From Promethearchaeati archaeon (lineage in GTDB: Archaea; Asgardarchaeota; Heimdallarchaeia; Heimdallarchaeales; Heimdallarchaeaceae), in assembly GCA_013166775.1 (NCBI GenBank), contig JABLTJ010000002.1, positions 153,891-217,890 of the forward strand: 64,000 nt of DNA, read 5' to 3'. Shown one piece after another: positions 49,326 to 59,846 of the stretch (its first letter is position 1; each line of letters begins with the position of its first letter). The position numbers were made by a program, and so were the translations under genes. The notes under the pieces are model-generated. The model was given only the letters and a program-made list of their open reading frames with translations. It did not search any database and was not told where the DNA came from.

Positions 49326-51539
49326 TTACTTAGTTTTTCTTCTTAATATAGGTATAACAAGTACTATCACTAGGATTAGAGCCCCATATAGGAATGGAGA
49401 AGAAATCCTATTTGTTGGAGAGGGAGTTGAGCCTTCTATCATGAAAATGTCAGAATTACTAGATAAAACTGTTCTTCCAGAATAAGAAATTCTCACAGCT
49501 GCATAGAACTCTCCATAATGATCTCCCATTTCGATTAGTACACTTTCCCATCGATTTGCTGAGGAGATATAGTACAAATCGTATGTTTCAACAACCGTTC
49601 CTTCATCATCATAAATTATTACTCTTACTTCTGCATATGCTGTAAAAGCAGGCCATCCGTCAAGTTGAGTATAGGAAGCATTGCCATAGACATGGAAACT
49701 AATCTCATCATCTTTACTTATTGTTGGTTTATCTACAATTAGAACATGTTCTACATTGAGAAGACCTAAGTCTTCCCTTCCATATTGACTTGATCCTGAA
49801 GCAATTATCGAGATAGAGTATTCAGCTTCATCAAATGATTGTAGAGAAATATCTACATACCAGAAGGATATGGCTAAGTAATTGAGTTCGATACTTGTAT
49901 AAACAGTAGATGTAGCTGTTTCTTTGAACTGTACATATACATCAACACCACTACCATCTGTTATTTCGGTTCCATTCTCATCTTCAATATATACATCAGC
50001 GAGTGAGAAATCCCATGTTGAGGTTTGATAATCCATTAAATAGGAATCTATGTTTATAGGACTTCCTGGAACCATAGTATAATCTAGACTATCAGAGTAT
50101 CCTAAACCAAATTGATCAGTTATTGGACTGTTAGATGGGATAGTTGGTGTTGAACTGGTCATTATGCTTGTAATTACATATACTGTATCAACTAAAGTAC
50201 CTTCTATGAACTCTAGAATATCAGTACTATGGACACTTGTTTTTACAGTCCATCCACTTGCATTATGTACTGCAATGGAAATACCTAATGAATATGAAGA
50301 AGGTGGTGTTATTTCCAACATTTGCACATCAGGAGGTGAATCAAGTTTTAAAGCATATATACCATAGAATCGATTGAGTCTATCAGTGAGTGAAGCAGGA
50401 AATGTAGAAACTAAATTATAACTCATACTTATATCTAAATTTTCGTAACCATATAATCCTCCACCGAATGAAGGATCATCAATATATAAAGCGGTTATCC
50501 AATTAAGATACAGATCATTAAAATCTATAGAATGTCCCAATCCTTGTAAAGCAGTTTCTACGCTAACAGGTCCTACACTTGTACTAGCAACCATGTCTTT
50601 AATTGCAGCATTACCATATTTCTCAGCCATGTAAAAGACGAACATATATGCTCCACCGTAATCAATTCTAACATTTTTTCCTCCAGCTTCATTATAATTC
50701 CAATATAGTAATGAATCATCAGGATTTGTAGCAAAATAACTTGAAGCAAAACTAGTAAGATTATTTGTCGTATCATAACCATTTAAGTATTTAGCTAATT
50801 CTGCACATCCTTCATCTAGCCACCAAAATTCTGCTGTATCATAATTATAATGAATTAAATGTTGAAATTCGTGAGCTAAAACACCATAGGTTGTAAAATA
50901 ATCAACATAAACCATCTCTCTTTGATTGGAATTAGGTCCTGGATACTCATTATTTGGATCAAAATATCCTGCAACTCCTGCATCTAATGAAGCTAATAAA
51001 ATTGTTACATTATAATCTCCATCGATATCTCCAAGATTACCATCAGGATTTCCGAAGTAAAGTATATCGTTTGGATAGATTTTATTTTCAAACTCATTTC
51101 TCCAATTTTCAGCAACTAAAGTAGCGCCAGATAGTCCTTGAGAATCTATCAAGCTGTTTAACACATAAACATAACAATGATCTCCGATTGCTAACATTTT
51201 AGCAGTTCTTTGAACATAAACATAAGGTTCATCATAAAAAGAATTGATAATATAGAAATCTCTAACATCATCAAGAACATCCTGTTTTACAGTTTGTTTA
51301 ACAATAGGTTGTGTTTGAGTTTCGTCCAAGCCATCCAACAGAAGTTGATATTTTAGTATCTGGGTTGGATTAGTTAAATCATCTCTAAACATGTCATGAA
51401 TATTTTTAATTCTGTCATTATCACTATCTACAGAGATATTTTGAGAACTTGCATAAGTAAGATTAGGATTCATTATTAGAACAAAAGAGAACATCAAAAT
51501 AGCAATAGAACCAACAATTTTTCGAGGTGAAGCTTTCAT
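49326..51539 (-). CDS. Secreted, C-terminally anchored zinc metallopeptidase (M30/M6-like)
   Basis: AGYF, LAHEFQHLIH, WLDEGCAE, DYG..YMF; signal peptide; C-terminal SP-TM-RRKTK. Confidence 0.85.
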   Translation of the reverse strand: MKASPRKIVGSIAILMFSFVLIMNPNLTYASSQNISVDSDNDRIKNIHDMFRDDLTNPTQILKYQLLLDGLDETQTQPIVKQTVKQDVLDDVRDFYIINSFYDEPYVYVQRTAKMLAIGDHCYVYVLNSLIDSQGLSGATLVAENWRNEFENKIYPNDILYFGNPDGNLGDIDGDYNVTILLASLDAGVAGYFDPNNEYPGPNSNQREMVYVDYFTTYGVLAHEFQHLIHYNYDTAEFWWLDEGCAELAKYLNGYDTTNNLTSFASSYFATNPDDSLLYWNYNEAGGKNVRIDYGGAYMFVFYMAEKYGNAAIKDMVASTSVGPVSVETALQGLGHSIDFNDLYLNWITALYIDDPSFGGGLYGYENLDISMSYNLVSTFPASLTDRLNRFYGIYALKLDSPPDVQMLEITPPSSYSLGISIAVHNASGWTVKTSVHSTDILEFIEGTLVDTVYVITSIMTSSTPTIPSNSPITDQFGLGYSDSLDYTMVPGSPINIDSYLMDYQTSTWDFSLADVYIEDENGTEITDGSGVDVYVQFKETATSTVYTSIELNYLAISFWYVDISLQSFDEAEYSISIIASGSSQYGREDLGLLNVEHVLIVDKPTISKDDEISFHVYGNASYTQLDGWPAFTAYAEVRVIIYDDEGTVVETYDLYYISSANRWESVLIEMGDHYGEFYAAVRISYSGRTVLSSNSDIFMIEGSTPSPTNRISSPFLYGALILVIVLVIPILRRKTK

Positions 51540-51605
51540 AATTTAATACCCTAACAAAAGAATGACATGAACAATTAAAAATGTTGAGAAACTAGCAAAA
51601 CAATT

Positions 51606-52367
51606 CTATGCAGTTAGGTTGTTACTTATAGCGATATAAATTAGGCTTACTATATAGTTAGCAGCTAGTAGAAGGAATGCTAAAAGTATTAATTTCATAG
51701 CTGTTACATTCCTCTTTGCATGTTTTCCTGCTGCTGTCATTTCTTTCCCCCAGTAAGTATCATCTTCTCTTTTAAATTCCCAGTAATCTAGATAGTCTTC
51801 TTCATCATATTCGGGATCACAGATTATTCTAATCTTGTCAGTTACCGTCTTCTTTGATTCTATTTCTTTTCCGTCTGCTTGTAGGAGTAAGGATACAGCT
51901 TTCTTTGGTGGATTTTTGAAAACTTTGGGTACATATACAACACCTTTTTCGGTATCAATTTTCTTTGGAAGAGATTTCTCGTTTACAACAATGTTTATTG
52001 AATCAGGATCGATGATTTTTGAGTCGTATTTGACCCTTATTTGAAATTCGGATGGAGTAACAGCTTGGTCGTCAGGTTCTATAATTCTCATTTTTGGAGG
52101 TAGATTGTATCTACTTAATCCACCAATACATCCTCCTACTATTAAGAGAGCTCCAGGGATATATAGTAGAGACTGTCCAAAGAAAAAGTCAGGTTCGTAT
52201 TGAGTAAATCGATCGATAAGAAGCCAAATTATTAGTTCAGCAAAAAGGATTATTCCCCCCCATTTTAATGAAAAGAAGCCCATAATTTTTAGTTTTTCCA
52301 TCCAATTGAGGCTAAGATAATCTATCTTCTTTTTATCCTTCTTCTTGAATATTGACTTAAAATCCAT
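51606..52367 (-). CDS. Hypothetical membrane protein (2 TM, soluble beta-rich domain, 1 TM)
   Basis: Hydrophobicity pattern; 2-bp gap after the upstream ORF. Confidence 0.7.
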   Translation of the reverse strand: MDFKSIFKKKDKKKIDYLSLNWMEKLKIMGFFSLKWGGIILFAELIIWLLIDRFTQYEPDFFFGQSLLYIPGALLIVGGCIGGLSRYNLPPKMRIIEPDDQAVTPSEFQIRVKYDSKIIDPDSINIVVNEKSLPKKIDTEKGVVYVPKVFKNPPKKAVSLLLQADGKEIESKKTVTDKIRIICDPEYDEEDYLDYWEFKREDDTYWGKEMTAAGKHAKRNVTAMKLILLAFLLLAANYIVSLIYIAISNNLTA

Positions 52368-52369
52368 AA

Positions 52370-52627
52370 TTAATCACTGACAATATATTTGAATAGAGAT
52401 AGAGAATAGAAGACCATTAGAAGGGCAATATGAACACCTAATACTGTTCCGAAAATTGGATCATAATTTGGAATTGTAAAGGAACCAAATGTAGCATATA
52501 TAAAAATAGCTCCCCCTCCAAAAAGCAAAGAAACACTAAGTGCTAGAGCTCCCATCATTTTGATAACAACAATATCAAATTGTCTATCTGGTTTAGGTTT
52601 GCTCTTGGGAGGTTTAGGTTCACTCAT
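52370..52627 (-). CDS. Small 2-TM membrane protein
   Basis: Pro/Lys-rich N-terminus and two hydrophobic helices. Confidence 0.65.
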   Translation of the reverse strand: MSEPKPPKSKPKPDRQFDIVVIKMMGALALSVSLLFGGGAIFIYATFGSFTIPNYDPIFGTVLGVHIALLMVFYSLSLFKYIVSD

Positions 52628-52726
52628 AATTATTCCTTTTCTTAGACTTTATATTTATAAATTGATTCAATAGAAGCTCAAAATTTAGTTCATTGTTTGG
52701 AAAATAATATTCCTGTTTTGAGAATT

Positions 52727-53608
52727 CTACGTCTTCTTATTTTTTGTTTTTTTAGGTTTTTCTTTTTCTTGAGAGAGTAATATTCCTTCATCCTTCTCTT
52801 CTACTAACACCTCTTTTTGTACTTCTAGAGTTTCTAGTAAATAACGAGGGAGCTGAATGTTACCGTAAGAATCAAGATAGACTTTATGCACATCGCGAAT
52901 GGTTTTTAGATCTTGAGTTCGTGAGAAACCAGATATTCTTCCATCAACAATTTGTATTAGTTTGTCTGTAGATTTAGCAACATCAAAATCATGAGTTACC
53001 ATAATTGCAGTAATACCATGAGTTTCATTTAGGTGTTGAAAGTATCTAAGAAGCTCTCCTGCTGTTTTAGAATCTAATTCACCAGTAGGTTCATCAGCTA
53101 GAAGCAAGTAAGGTTGGTGAGCAAGTGCACATGCTAATCCAGCTCGTTGAACTTCACCACCACTCAATTGTGAGGGTTTATGATGTATTCTGTGATCTAA
53201 GCTAACTTCACTCAGTAGCTCATGCGCACGTTTCACTCTTTCTTCTCTAGGAATACCCAACAATCTCATTGGAATTTCTACGTTCTCGAGTATTGATATC
53301 TCCCAGATTAAATTTCTGTTTGGTATTTGCCAAAGCGTTCCTACCTTATGTCTACGATACATACTTCGGTCTTCTTCTGAAAATTGATCAAGTCTAACAT
53401 CTCCTATTCTGATTTGTCCAGCAGAAGGAGTTGTCATACCTGCTAAAACAAGAAGAAGTGTCGTTTTCCCACTTCCAGAGGGTCCAATAATTGATATAAA
53501 CTCTCCTTCATTAACATCGAGTTCAATTCCTCTTAGAGCCGGAACTCTAACATTGGTCTCTTTAGTTTGATAGATTTTCATCAAATCTCTAATTTCAATA
53601 AACGACAT
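52727..53608 (-). CDS. LolD/MacB-type ABC ATPase with a C-terminal AbrB-like extension
   Basis: GPSGSGKT, LSGGE, ADEPTGELD, VTHD; C-terminal LDSYGNIQLP..LLE.L......V.VE....GILL. Confidence 0.9.
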   Translation of the reverse strand: MSFIEIRDLMKIYQTKETNVRVPALRGIELDVNEGEFISIIGPSGSGKTTLLLVLAGMTTPSAGQIRIGDVRLDQFSEEDRSMYRRHKVGTLWQIPNRNLIWEISILENVEIPMRLLGIPREERVKRAHELLSEVSLDHRIHHKPSQLSGGEVQRAGLACALAHQPYLLLADEPTGELDSKTAGELLRYFQHLNETHGITAIMVTHDFDVAKSTDKLIQIVDGRISGFSRTQDLKTIRDVHKVYLDSYGNIQLPRYLLETLEVQKEVLVEEKDEGILLSQEKEKPKKTKNKKT

Positions 53609-53616
53609 TTTTTCAC

Positions 53617-56600
53617 CTATGCTGATTGTCTTAATTCAGTACCTATTTCTTGCCTTGTAGAAGTGATTGTAGGTATAGTTGCTCCAAGAATAGCAGCTCC
53701 TAGTAACAGTCCAATAACAGTTAATATTTGTCTTACAGGGATAGTTAGAAAATAGGGAGGAATATTTCTTGTGAATGTCAATACACCCATCAACATTGCT
53801 GAAGCGATATAACCTATAATTATTCCTAGAATAGTTGTAAATGCTAGTAATGCAATATAAACAGAAAGATAATATTTGATTAATTGTCCTCCAGATATAC
53901 CAATTGCTTTCATAGTTGCTATCTCTTTTGATTTATCAATCAGTTGAATAGATGCAAAAAGTGCTAGTATAATGACATTAATGGCAAAAGACATTATAAG
54001 AGTTGAATTTATAGCAGAGTACAAAATTGATGAACGGGGACTATCAGGTTTAACATATATTTCATCTTCTACATTATAGATTAGACCAGTTGTTACAATA
54101 GTTCCTATTCTTTCCGCTGTCGTTTCTATATCATATCCTTCAGCTACCTTAATGTAAAGATAATCGATAACATCTAATGGAGAAACGTAAATATGTTCTA
54201 AGAAACTGAAATCAGCAACGAAATGGTAAAAGGATCCCAAAGCGTTTGAGATTGAAATACTGCTAACTAGATTAGGCCAATATTTGTATTTTTCAACTAA
54301 AGAAATTGTGAGATTTAAATCCATTGTAGGATCAGTAATTGGAGGTATTAACCGGAATTCTTCACTATATGCAGTATACGTTATTGATTTTTCTTCTCCC
54401 ACTTGATCATCTAAAATATTAAGTTCATCTTGTTGCACGAGTACTGATAGAGGTGTGTCCAATAATTCGAGCATATCCTTAAGCTCAACATCACTAAAAT
54501 CTGATCTGAAATAAGCTGTGTCTACGAAACTCGTTCTATTGATTGCTAACACAGAATATGTAACAGTCGTATCTCCTTCATCGTGAAGATTGATAAATCT
54601 TACAACAGTTATTGACTCAACTTCAGTAAGATTTCTAATGTTCTGTTTGAGATTCTCATTCTCAATTGGAAAACTTCTAATTACAATATCAGCCCCTAAA
54701 TCATAATAAGCACCATCAGTATTGAAGTCTTGGTAGGTTGAAGGCACCACTATAGTGCTTATAACTAAAGAGAATGAAAGACAAATGATGACTGAAGATC
54801 TCGCAAAGCTCTTTTGATATCTAGATATCTCGCGGACACTCAAAGAGGGAATATCCATTTTTAGTTTTGAGGTTATCCTTGCTAAACCTCTAGCAAATAG
54901 TGGAAGCAATCTTTGAACAAAGAGAATCAAACCAAATAGCATAAGGACAATAGAAGGTATTCCTATGAACTTTGCTGATTGATCTTGATAATTACTCAAT
55001 GCAGGCATCTTGAAGATAAACCATGTCACTATACCGAAAGCTATCAAGATTAGATCTACAAAATATTTGTAATATATTGGTAGACTTTTCTCTATCCTTC
55101 CATAATCTTCGATATCTCTTTTCTTTAGAAGAGTAATCGTATTGAAAAGCTGAATTAAAATTATAGCACCAACACTCCCGAGTAGAGCAATTATAACAGA
55201 AGATAACTCAAGTTTTAAAGGTATCGTCGTGTTTCCAAACGAAAGAAAACCCGAGCTTTTCGTTAGAAGTGCAGCTATAGGCACACCTAGAAATGTACCA
55301 AAAAACAGAGAAATAGTTCCCGTAATTAAAGCTTCCAAAGCAAGATAACTTCCTATCTCTCTTCTTCTTGTTCCTCTTTCAGTTAGAATAGTTAGCTGTC
55401 GGTCTCTCTTCTTTCTAACTAAATTAGCAGCATATACAGTAAGGATAATTGTTAGTACAATAATGGGTGAGAGAAAAGCGAACATGAATGTCTGATAAAG
55501 ATTATACTCATCTCTAAAATTTTCCATCAGGTTTACCAAATATGAGTTTACTCGAAGCTCGGTTATACCGAATGTTACATACGACTGCTTGAGCTCTTCA
55601 ATTATCAGCTTTAGAATGTTGATTTCTGATTGGATATTAAATGCATTTATCAACCTCACGTCATAAAAGAGATCTTCGTAGAGTGTAGCTAAACCTCCAG
55701 TAACAGCAATATCATGTAAAACACTAGCAGCTTCTTTCCACCATGAAACAACGGCTGCGCCACCTTCTAACTCAAAAAGAACATCTAGTGGAATACTTAA
55801 ACCTGAATTTCCAAAAGTATAATCTCGAACTTCATCTATAATTACAATTCCAGTTATATTTAGCTCTGTCTGAGCTGCAGGACTCTGCAGAGAAGCCCTC
55901 TTATCCAGAGCGATTGGTACATAAAGAGGTATTGTACTATTTACTCTTATAGAGGAGTGATTGTAGAATTCACGGGTAACCAGAGCTAAAGCTTCAAAGT
56001 CTTCAGTAGGAATGGTTCCATTTGAAATTTGAAGAGAGAGATGAGATCGAAGACCACCTTCAGTCCCTATTAACGGCATATTTGGAAGGGTGTTTTCATT
56101 CTCCACTGGATCATAGGTTTGCGTAAACGTCGCTCTTTTGAAATAAAGTTCCGTATCAAGTATTCTTTGATCTAAATCTTCTATCTCCTTCCCAGCGAAA
56201 AATAATGCATCATTTGCAAAACCGTCAATGGAAAAATATTGTGAGGGTGAGGGAATAATATAACTGTAATCTAGTTCCATTTGGATATATGATCTTGGTT
56301 CTTCGGATAGGTATAAACCAAATGCTTGATACTGATAAGAATAAATAAAGAAAACGTATTGTGTGATAATTGCAACTGCAAGAGTCACACCAATAGAAGA
56401 GATCAAACCATACTTCCATCCTGCTTTAAATAAGGGTTTGAAAATATGTAATCCAGGGAGGAAGAAGATGAGAAAAATATCTAGAATAGGAACAAGAATC
56501 ATTAAAATTGGCAAAAATAAAAGCATGGACCATAAGACTGCTTTATTTGTTTTTTCTTGCAATGGATCTGAATCTGTCATTAGTCTATAGAAAGTCCGTG

Positions 56601-56667
56601 TCAATATGAATAGATTCTGAGTAATATATCTCCGCGAATTGCTGACCACAGCATTACCCTTCTTCAT
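53617..56667 (-). CDS. FtsX/MacB-like ABC permease with two FtsX modules
   Basis: R.RQLTIL.ERG.RR and KEIATMKAIG motifs, GADI and two large extracytoplasmic loops. The real start may be ATG 56580. Confidence 0.88.
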   Translation of the reverse strand: MKKGNAVVSNSRRYITQNLFILTRTFYRLMTDSDPLQEKTNKAVLWSMLLFLPILMILVPILDIFLIFFLPGLHIFKPLFKAGWKYGLISSIGVTLAVAIITQYVFFIYSYQYQAFGLYLSEEPRSYIQMELDYSYIIPSPSQYFSIDGFANDALFFAGKEIEDLDQRILDTELYFKRATFTQTYDPVENENTLPNMPLIGTEGGLRSHLSLQISNGTIPTEDFEALALVTREFYNHSSIRVNSTIPLYVPIALDKRASLQSPAAQTELNITGIVIIDEVRDYTFGNSGLSIPLDVLFELEGGAAVVSWWKEAASVLHDIAVTGGLATLYEDLFYDVRLINAFNIQSEINILKLIIEELKQSYVTFGITELRVNSYLVNLMENFRDEYNLYQTFMFAFLSPIIVLTIILTVYAANLVRKKRDRQLTILTERGTRRREIGSYLALEALITGTISLFFGTFLGVPIAALLTKSSGFLSFGNTTIPLKLELSSVIIALLGSVGAIILIQLFNTITLLKKRDIEDYGRIEKSLPIYYKYFVDLILIAFGIVTWFIFKMPALSNYQDQSAKFIGIPSIVLMLFGLILFVQRLLPLFARGLARITSKLKMDIPSLSVREISRYQKSFARSSVIICLSFSLVISTIVVPSTYQDFNTDGAYYDLGADIVIRSFPIENENLKQNIRNLTEVESITVVRFINLHDEGDTTVTYSVLAINRTSFVDTAYFRSDFSDVELKDMLELLDTPLSVLVQQDELNILDDQVGEEKSITYTAYSEEFRLIPPITDPTMDLNLTISLVEKYKYWPNLVSSISISNALGSFYHFVADFSFLEHIYVSPLDVIDYLYIKVAEGYDIETTAERIGTIVTTGLIYNVEDEIYVKPDSPRSSILYSAINSTLIMSFAINVIILALFASIQLIDKSKEIATMKAIGISGGQLIKYYLSVYIALLAFTTILGIIIGYIASAMLMGVLTFTRNIPPYFLTIPVRQILTVIGLLLGAAILGATIPTITSTRQEIGTELRQSA

Positions 56668-56733
56668 TAAATTCTGTCAGTTTCATACACCTATAAGCCT
56701 TTTTCTATATCCAGTTTCAGATTATAGTTGAGT

Positions 56734-58137
56734 TCAGTTTTCTGAATCAAGTTTTTTTCTGAATAACTTTGTTGGATAGAAGAGCCATACGAAAACTAAA
56801 CCAAAAGCAATTGCAAGCATAATACTACCAAAAAGCAATGGAGTGATTCCAACATATCCGCCCCACATGTATACAATAGCGCCCCAACCTACCACGAAAA
56901 AGCTTCCTACACATAATGCAACAATAAGTAGAGATATACCAAGCTTTTCTTTTCTGTATCCTTCTACATGTTAGATTTTTATTCGCTTGAATAAAGTAGC
57001 TGTTTTGTCTTTAATATTTTTCCTTTTGATATATGGCAAAATATACTTGGGTGTCACAAAAGCTAGAATAGAACCTCCAATTAAGAGAGGAATAACTATT
57101 GAGATTGCTGAAATAGTTATTGGATTTGGACAAGATAGTCTTCTATTTAAAGGATAGAAATCTTTTGAATTAGCAGACCCATCAATAGCATACTTACACT
57201 TATCTCCTAAATCTGACCAGAAATTACCTTTTTTTGTTTCGGAGTTAAACCAATTATTGCTTTTACCTTCATCATGTGCTTGGGAAGAGCTGCCCAAGTA
57301 TTCAAACAGGTTATTTTCTATGAATGTGTTATTGTAAATGATATTTTCATGAGATCTTACTAAGATAGCAACAAAATGAGTTTCTTCAAAGAGATTAGAA
57401 GTAATTATGCAGGAATCAGAATCCAGTCCAAGTAAGATTCCATACTGTCCGTTGCCTTTAAAATTATTATCAAACAAGCTAGTAAATGAATTCTCAGATA
57501 AGCCTAATCCATTACCCAGATTATTATTGCAGATATTGTTAGTTAGGATCGAGTAAGGTGAATCAGTCATAAGAATGCCAAATACTTCATTATGAGTACA
57601 AGTATTATTTATTAGATTGGCACCTGTTGAACGACTAATTTCAATACCAGTGTATGTATTAAAACTGCAAATGTTGTTGATAAGCTCAACAGTATTATCT
57701 TCAACATTATCAATGTGAATTCCAGTTCGTCCCCAGTCCATATAGCAGTCACGAATAATGAAGTAACGCGTAGTTCCAGTTATTGAAATAGCAGAAGTAG
57801 AGTCATCATTTGGACGAATAATATAATCTTCAATTATATAGGGATCAACTTCTGAACCTGAACCATTAAAACCAAGAGAAAGAAAATCTATATCGGAATC
57901 GATTTCGATAGGAGCATGAGGAGTCCAATCAAAAGAAAAAGGATTTTCAGAAGATTGAGTAAAAGTATCCATCAAAATATTGATATCATCAGATGAGGAT
58001 TTGATTCCTGATTCCATTCCATATGTAACCAATGAAATTATCACTAAAAATAACCCAGCTAAAAGCAATTTTGCAAAGATTCCTCTGATTTTCATTCCAC
58101 TTTGACTCCTGAAACAAAAGAGATAATTTTTTTTCAC
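56734..58137 (-). pseudogene. NosD/right-handed beta-helix surface protein with an in-frame TAA cutting off two C-terminal TM helices
   Basis: HAPI.I..D.DF, G.GS..DPYII, N-rich beta-helix repeats, GNFWSD...D.YPL. After TAA 56971-56973 the frame stays open 78 codons (two TM helices, RKK) to TGA at 56734. Confidence 0.7.
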
Positions 58138-58204
58138 TAATAAATCCTTCCTAGCAAATGGAATATCTTATAATCTTTTAACTAGAATCATAATATGATC
58201 CTAC

Positions 58205-58483
58205 TTGGCAGAGGAAAAAAATTCAAAGAAAATTGAATATAAGAAAATAAGAACTTTTAACAGAATCAGGTTTTTGTCTCTGATCTTAATATCTTCAAGT
58301 TTTGTATTCTTTTTTTTAGAGGTAGCAATACAGGAAAGTTCATGGATATTCCTTGGAATTGGGTGTGCTCTAATAATTTTAGCAGTGATTTTACCTATGT
58401 TTTTCAGAAGAATATTGAAAATAAAAGATACTAAAACAATCGGAATTATGGCGTTTGGAATAGACTGGAAAAGCGGTAAATAA
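58205..58483 (+). CDS. Small 2-TM membrane protein
   Basis: TTG start, two hydrophobic helices flanked by basic residues. Confidence 0.55.
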   Translation: MAEEKNSKKIEYKKIRTFNRIRFLSLILISSSFVFFFLEVAIQESSWIFLGIGCALIILAVILPMFFRRILKIKDTKTIGIMAFGIDWKSGK

Positions 58484-58542
58484 ATGTCTAAAGAACATAA
58501 AGAAGAAATGAGGGTCTTCAGAACTTCAAGAAATCAAGATGA

Positions 58543-59028
58543 TTAGTTTTTTTCCTTTTGGATATTTTCTTTAACTCTCTCAATTATATCTTCATCTTGA
58601 AAGATGTTTGACTTACTCAAGGTTTTTGTGAGGACTCTCTCAAACATTTCTTCCATTTGAGGGATGATGACCTCTTTGTAAACTTCCTTTTGAACTTCCT
58701 TTTGGACAATTTTGTTAGCAGGAATATTCTGAATGAATCCTTGTATTCTGTCTTTTGTTATAATGCCTTTTTTCTCTGTGTAATATCCTAAAATCCATTC
58801 AATGAGGAATATTACTAATAATATAATAAGAGAATCTAACCAACCTATTATCCCTTCTCCAAAAATATTATTAATAACAAGCACAAATGCCCCTAAAATG
58901 ACAGTGGCGTAATATATCATTTGAATGTAAGTTACACCAAAACGCAGTCTAGCTAATTGTTTTCCTATGAAGAGATTAATATTAAAATGCCTTTTTTTAC
59001 TCGTTTCTTTGTTTTTCATGTTGATCAC
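58543..59028 (-). CDS. Hypothetical 2-TM membrane protein
   Basis: Two hydrophobic helices and a charged C-terminal helix with a QKEV repeat. Confidence 0.6.
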   Translation of the reverse strand: MINMKNKETSKKRHFNINLFIGKQLARLRFGVTYIQMIYYATVILGAFVLVINNIFGEGIIGWLDSLIILLVIFLIEWILGYYTEKKGIITKDRIQGFIQNIPANKIVQKEVQKEVYKEVIIPQMEEMFERVLTKTLSKSNIFQDEDIIERVKENIQKEKN

Positions 59029-59122
59029 ATCTGTAGAGTTTCTTTAAAAGTGAAAAATATTTTATTTATCTTCTTACATCTTAGCTTTTTATATCTCTTT
59101 CTTTTTTTTCTTGCAATTTTCT

Positions 59123-59788
59123 TTAATTTTTCATGTCTTTCCTAAAGCGATTGGATAGATTAAGCTTAATTGCTACAACTATGAAAAAAGAAATGAATAC
59201 CGAAACACTGAAATTAGTTTCTTGTAGTGATGGGGATACAACTCTTGTTTCATCGTTATATTCAAAGTAATAGGTGATGTTAGAAGGTGTTACAAAGATA
59301 AACATTTTTTCTGTTACAACTGGTACAGGTACATAACTACAATTAGTAAAGTCAAACCAAAGTTCATATACGCCTAAAGGAAGACTTTCATTTACATAAT
59401 TTTCAACATGAATTCCGAAGTATTTGCTCTCATTTCTGTTGCCTGGTTGAATTGAGAGATTACCCACAGTTCCTTCAAGTACCATCGTAGCAGATACTTC
59501 AAGACTCTTATTTTCAAGATTCGTTTGCAGACGAGGAAAAGGAATTGGACTACATACATAAGGACCTTGAATAACTGATTGTGTGGGATTTTCAATCTGA
59601 ATCTGTAATGTAAAACTGAATAAAGTGTAATCACCTTGTTCAGATGCTCTTACTCTTGGAGGATACTCAGCGTCTAGAACTCTAACAATGAGATACTCCT
59701 CCTCTGCATTTATTTGCAGTAGAGAGGGAGATAAAAAACCTAGCATTAGCATCATGAACATTAAGTAAATGAATAGTTTTCTAGCCAT
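59123..59788 (-). CDS. Secreted, C-terminally anchored Ig-like hypothetical protein
   Basis: Signal peptide, beta-rich body (LPLGVYELW), C-terminal TM and basic tail. Confidence 0.7.
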   Translation of the reverse strand: MARKLFIYLMFMMLMLGFLSPSLLQINAEEEYLIVRVLDAEYPPRVRASEQGDYTLFSFTLQIQIENPTQSVIQGPYVCSPIPFPRLQTNLENKSLEVSATMVLEGTVGNLSIQPGNRNESKYFGIHVENYVNESLPLGVYELWFDFTNCSYVPVPVVTEKMFIFVTPSNITYYFEYNDETRVVSPSLQETNFSVSVFISFFIVVAIKLNLSNRFRKDMKN

Positions 59789-59846
59789 AATTATCCTCTA
59801 ATCACAGACTCAATTATCGATTGGTATAAGTTCCTATAAGTTTTCA

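Noticed and set aside
58670-58710. 12-bp tandem repeat (QKEV) and the EPEPKP repeat near 29840-29870
   Set aside because: Ordinary low-complexity coding repeats.
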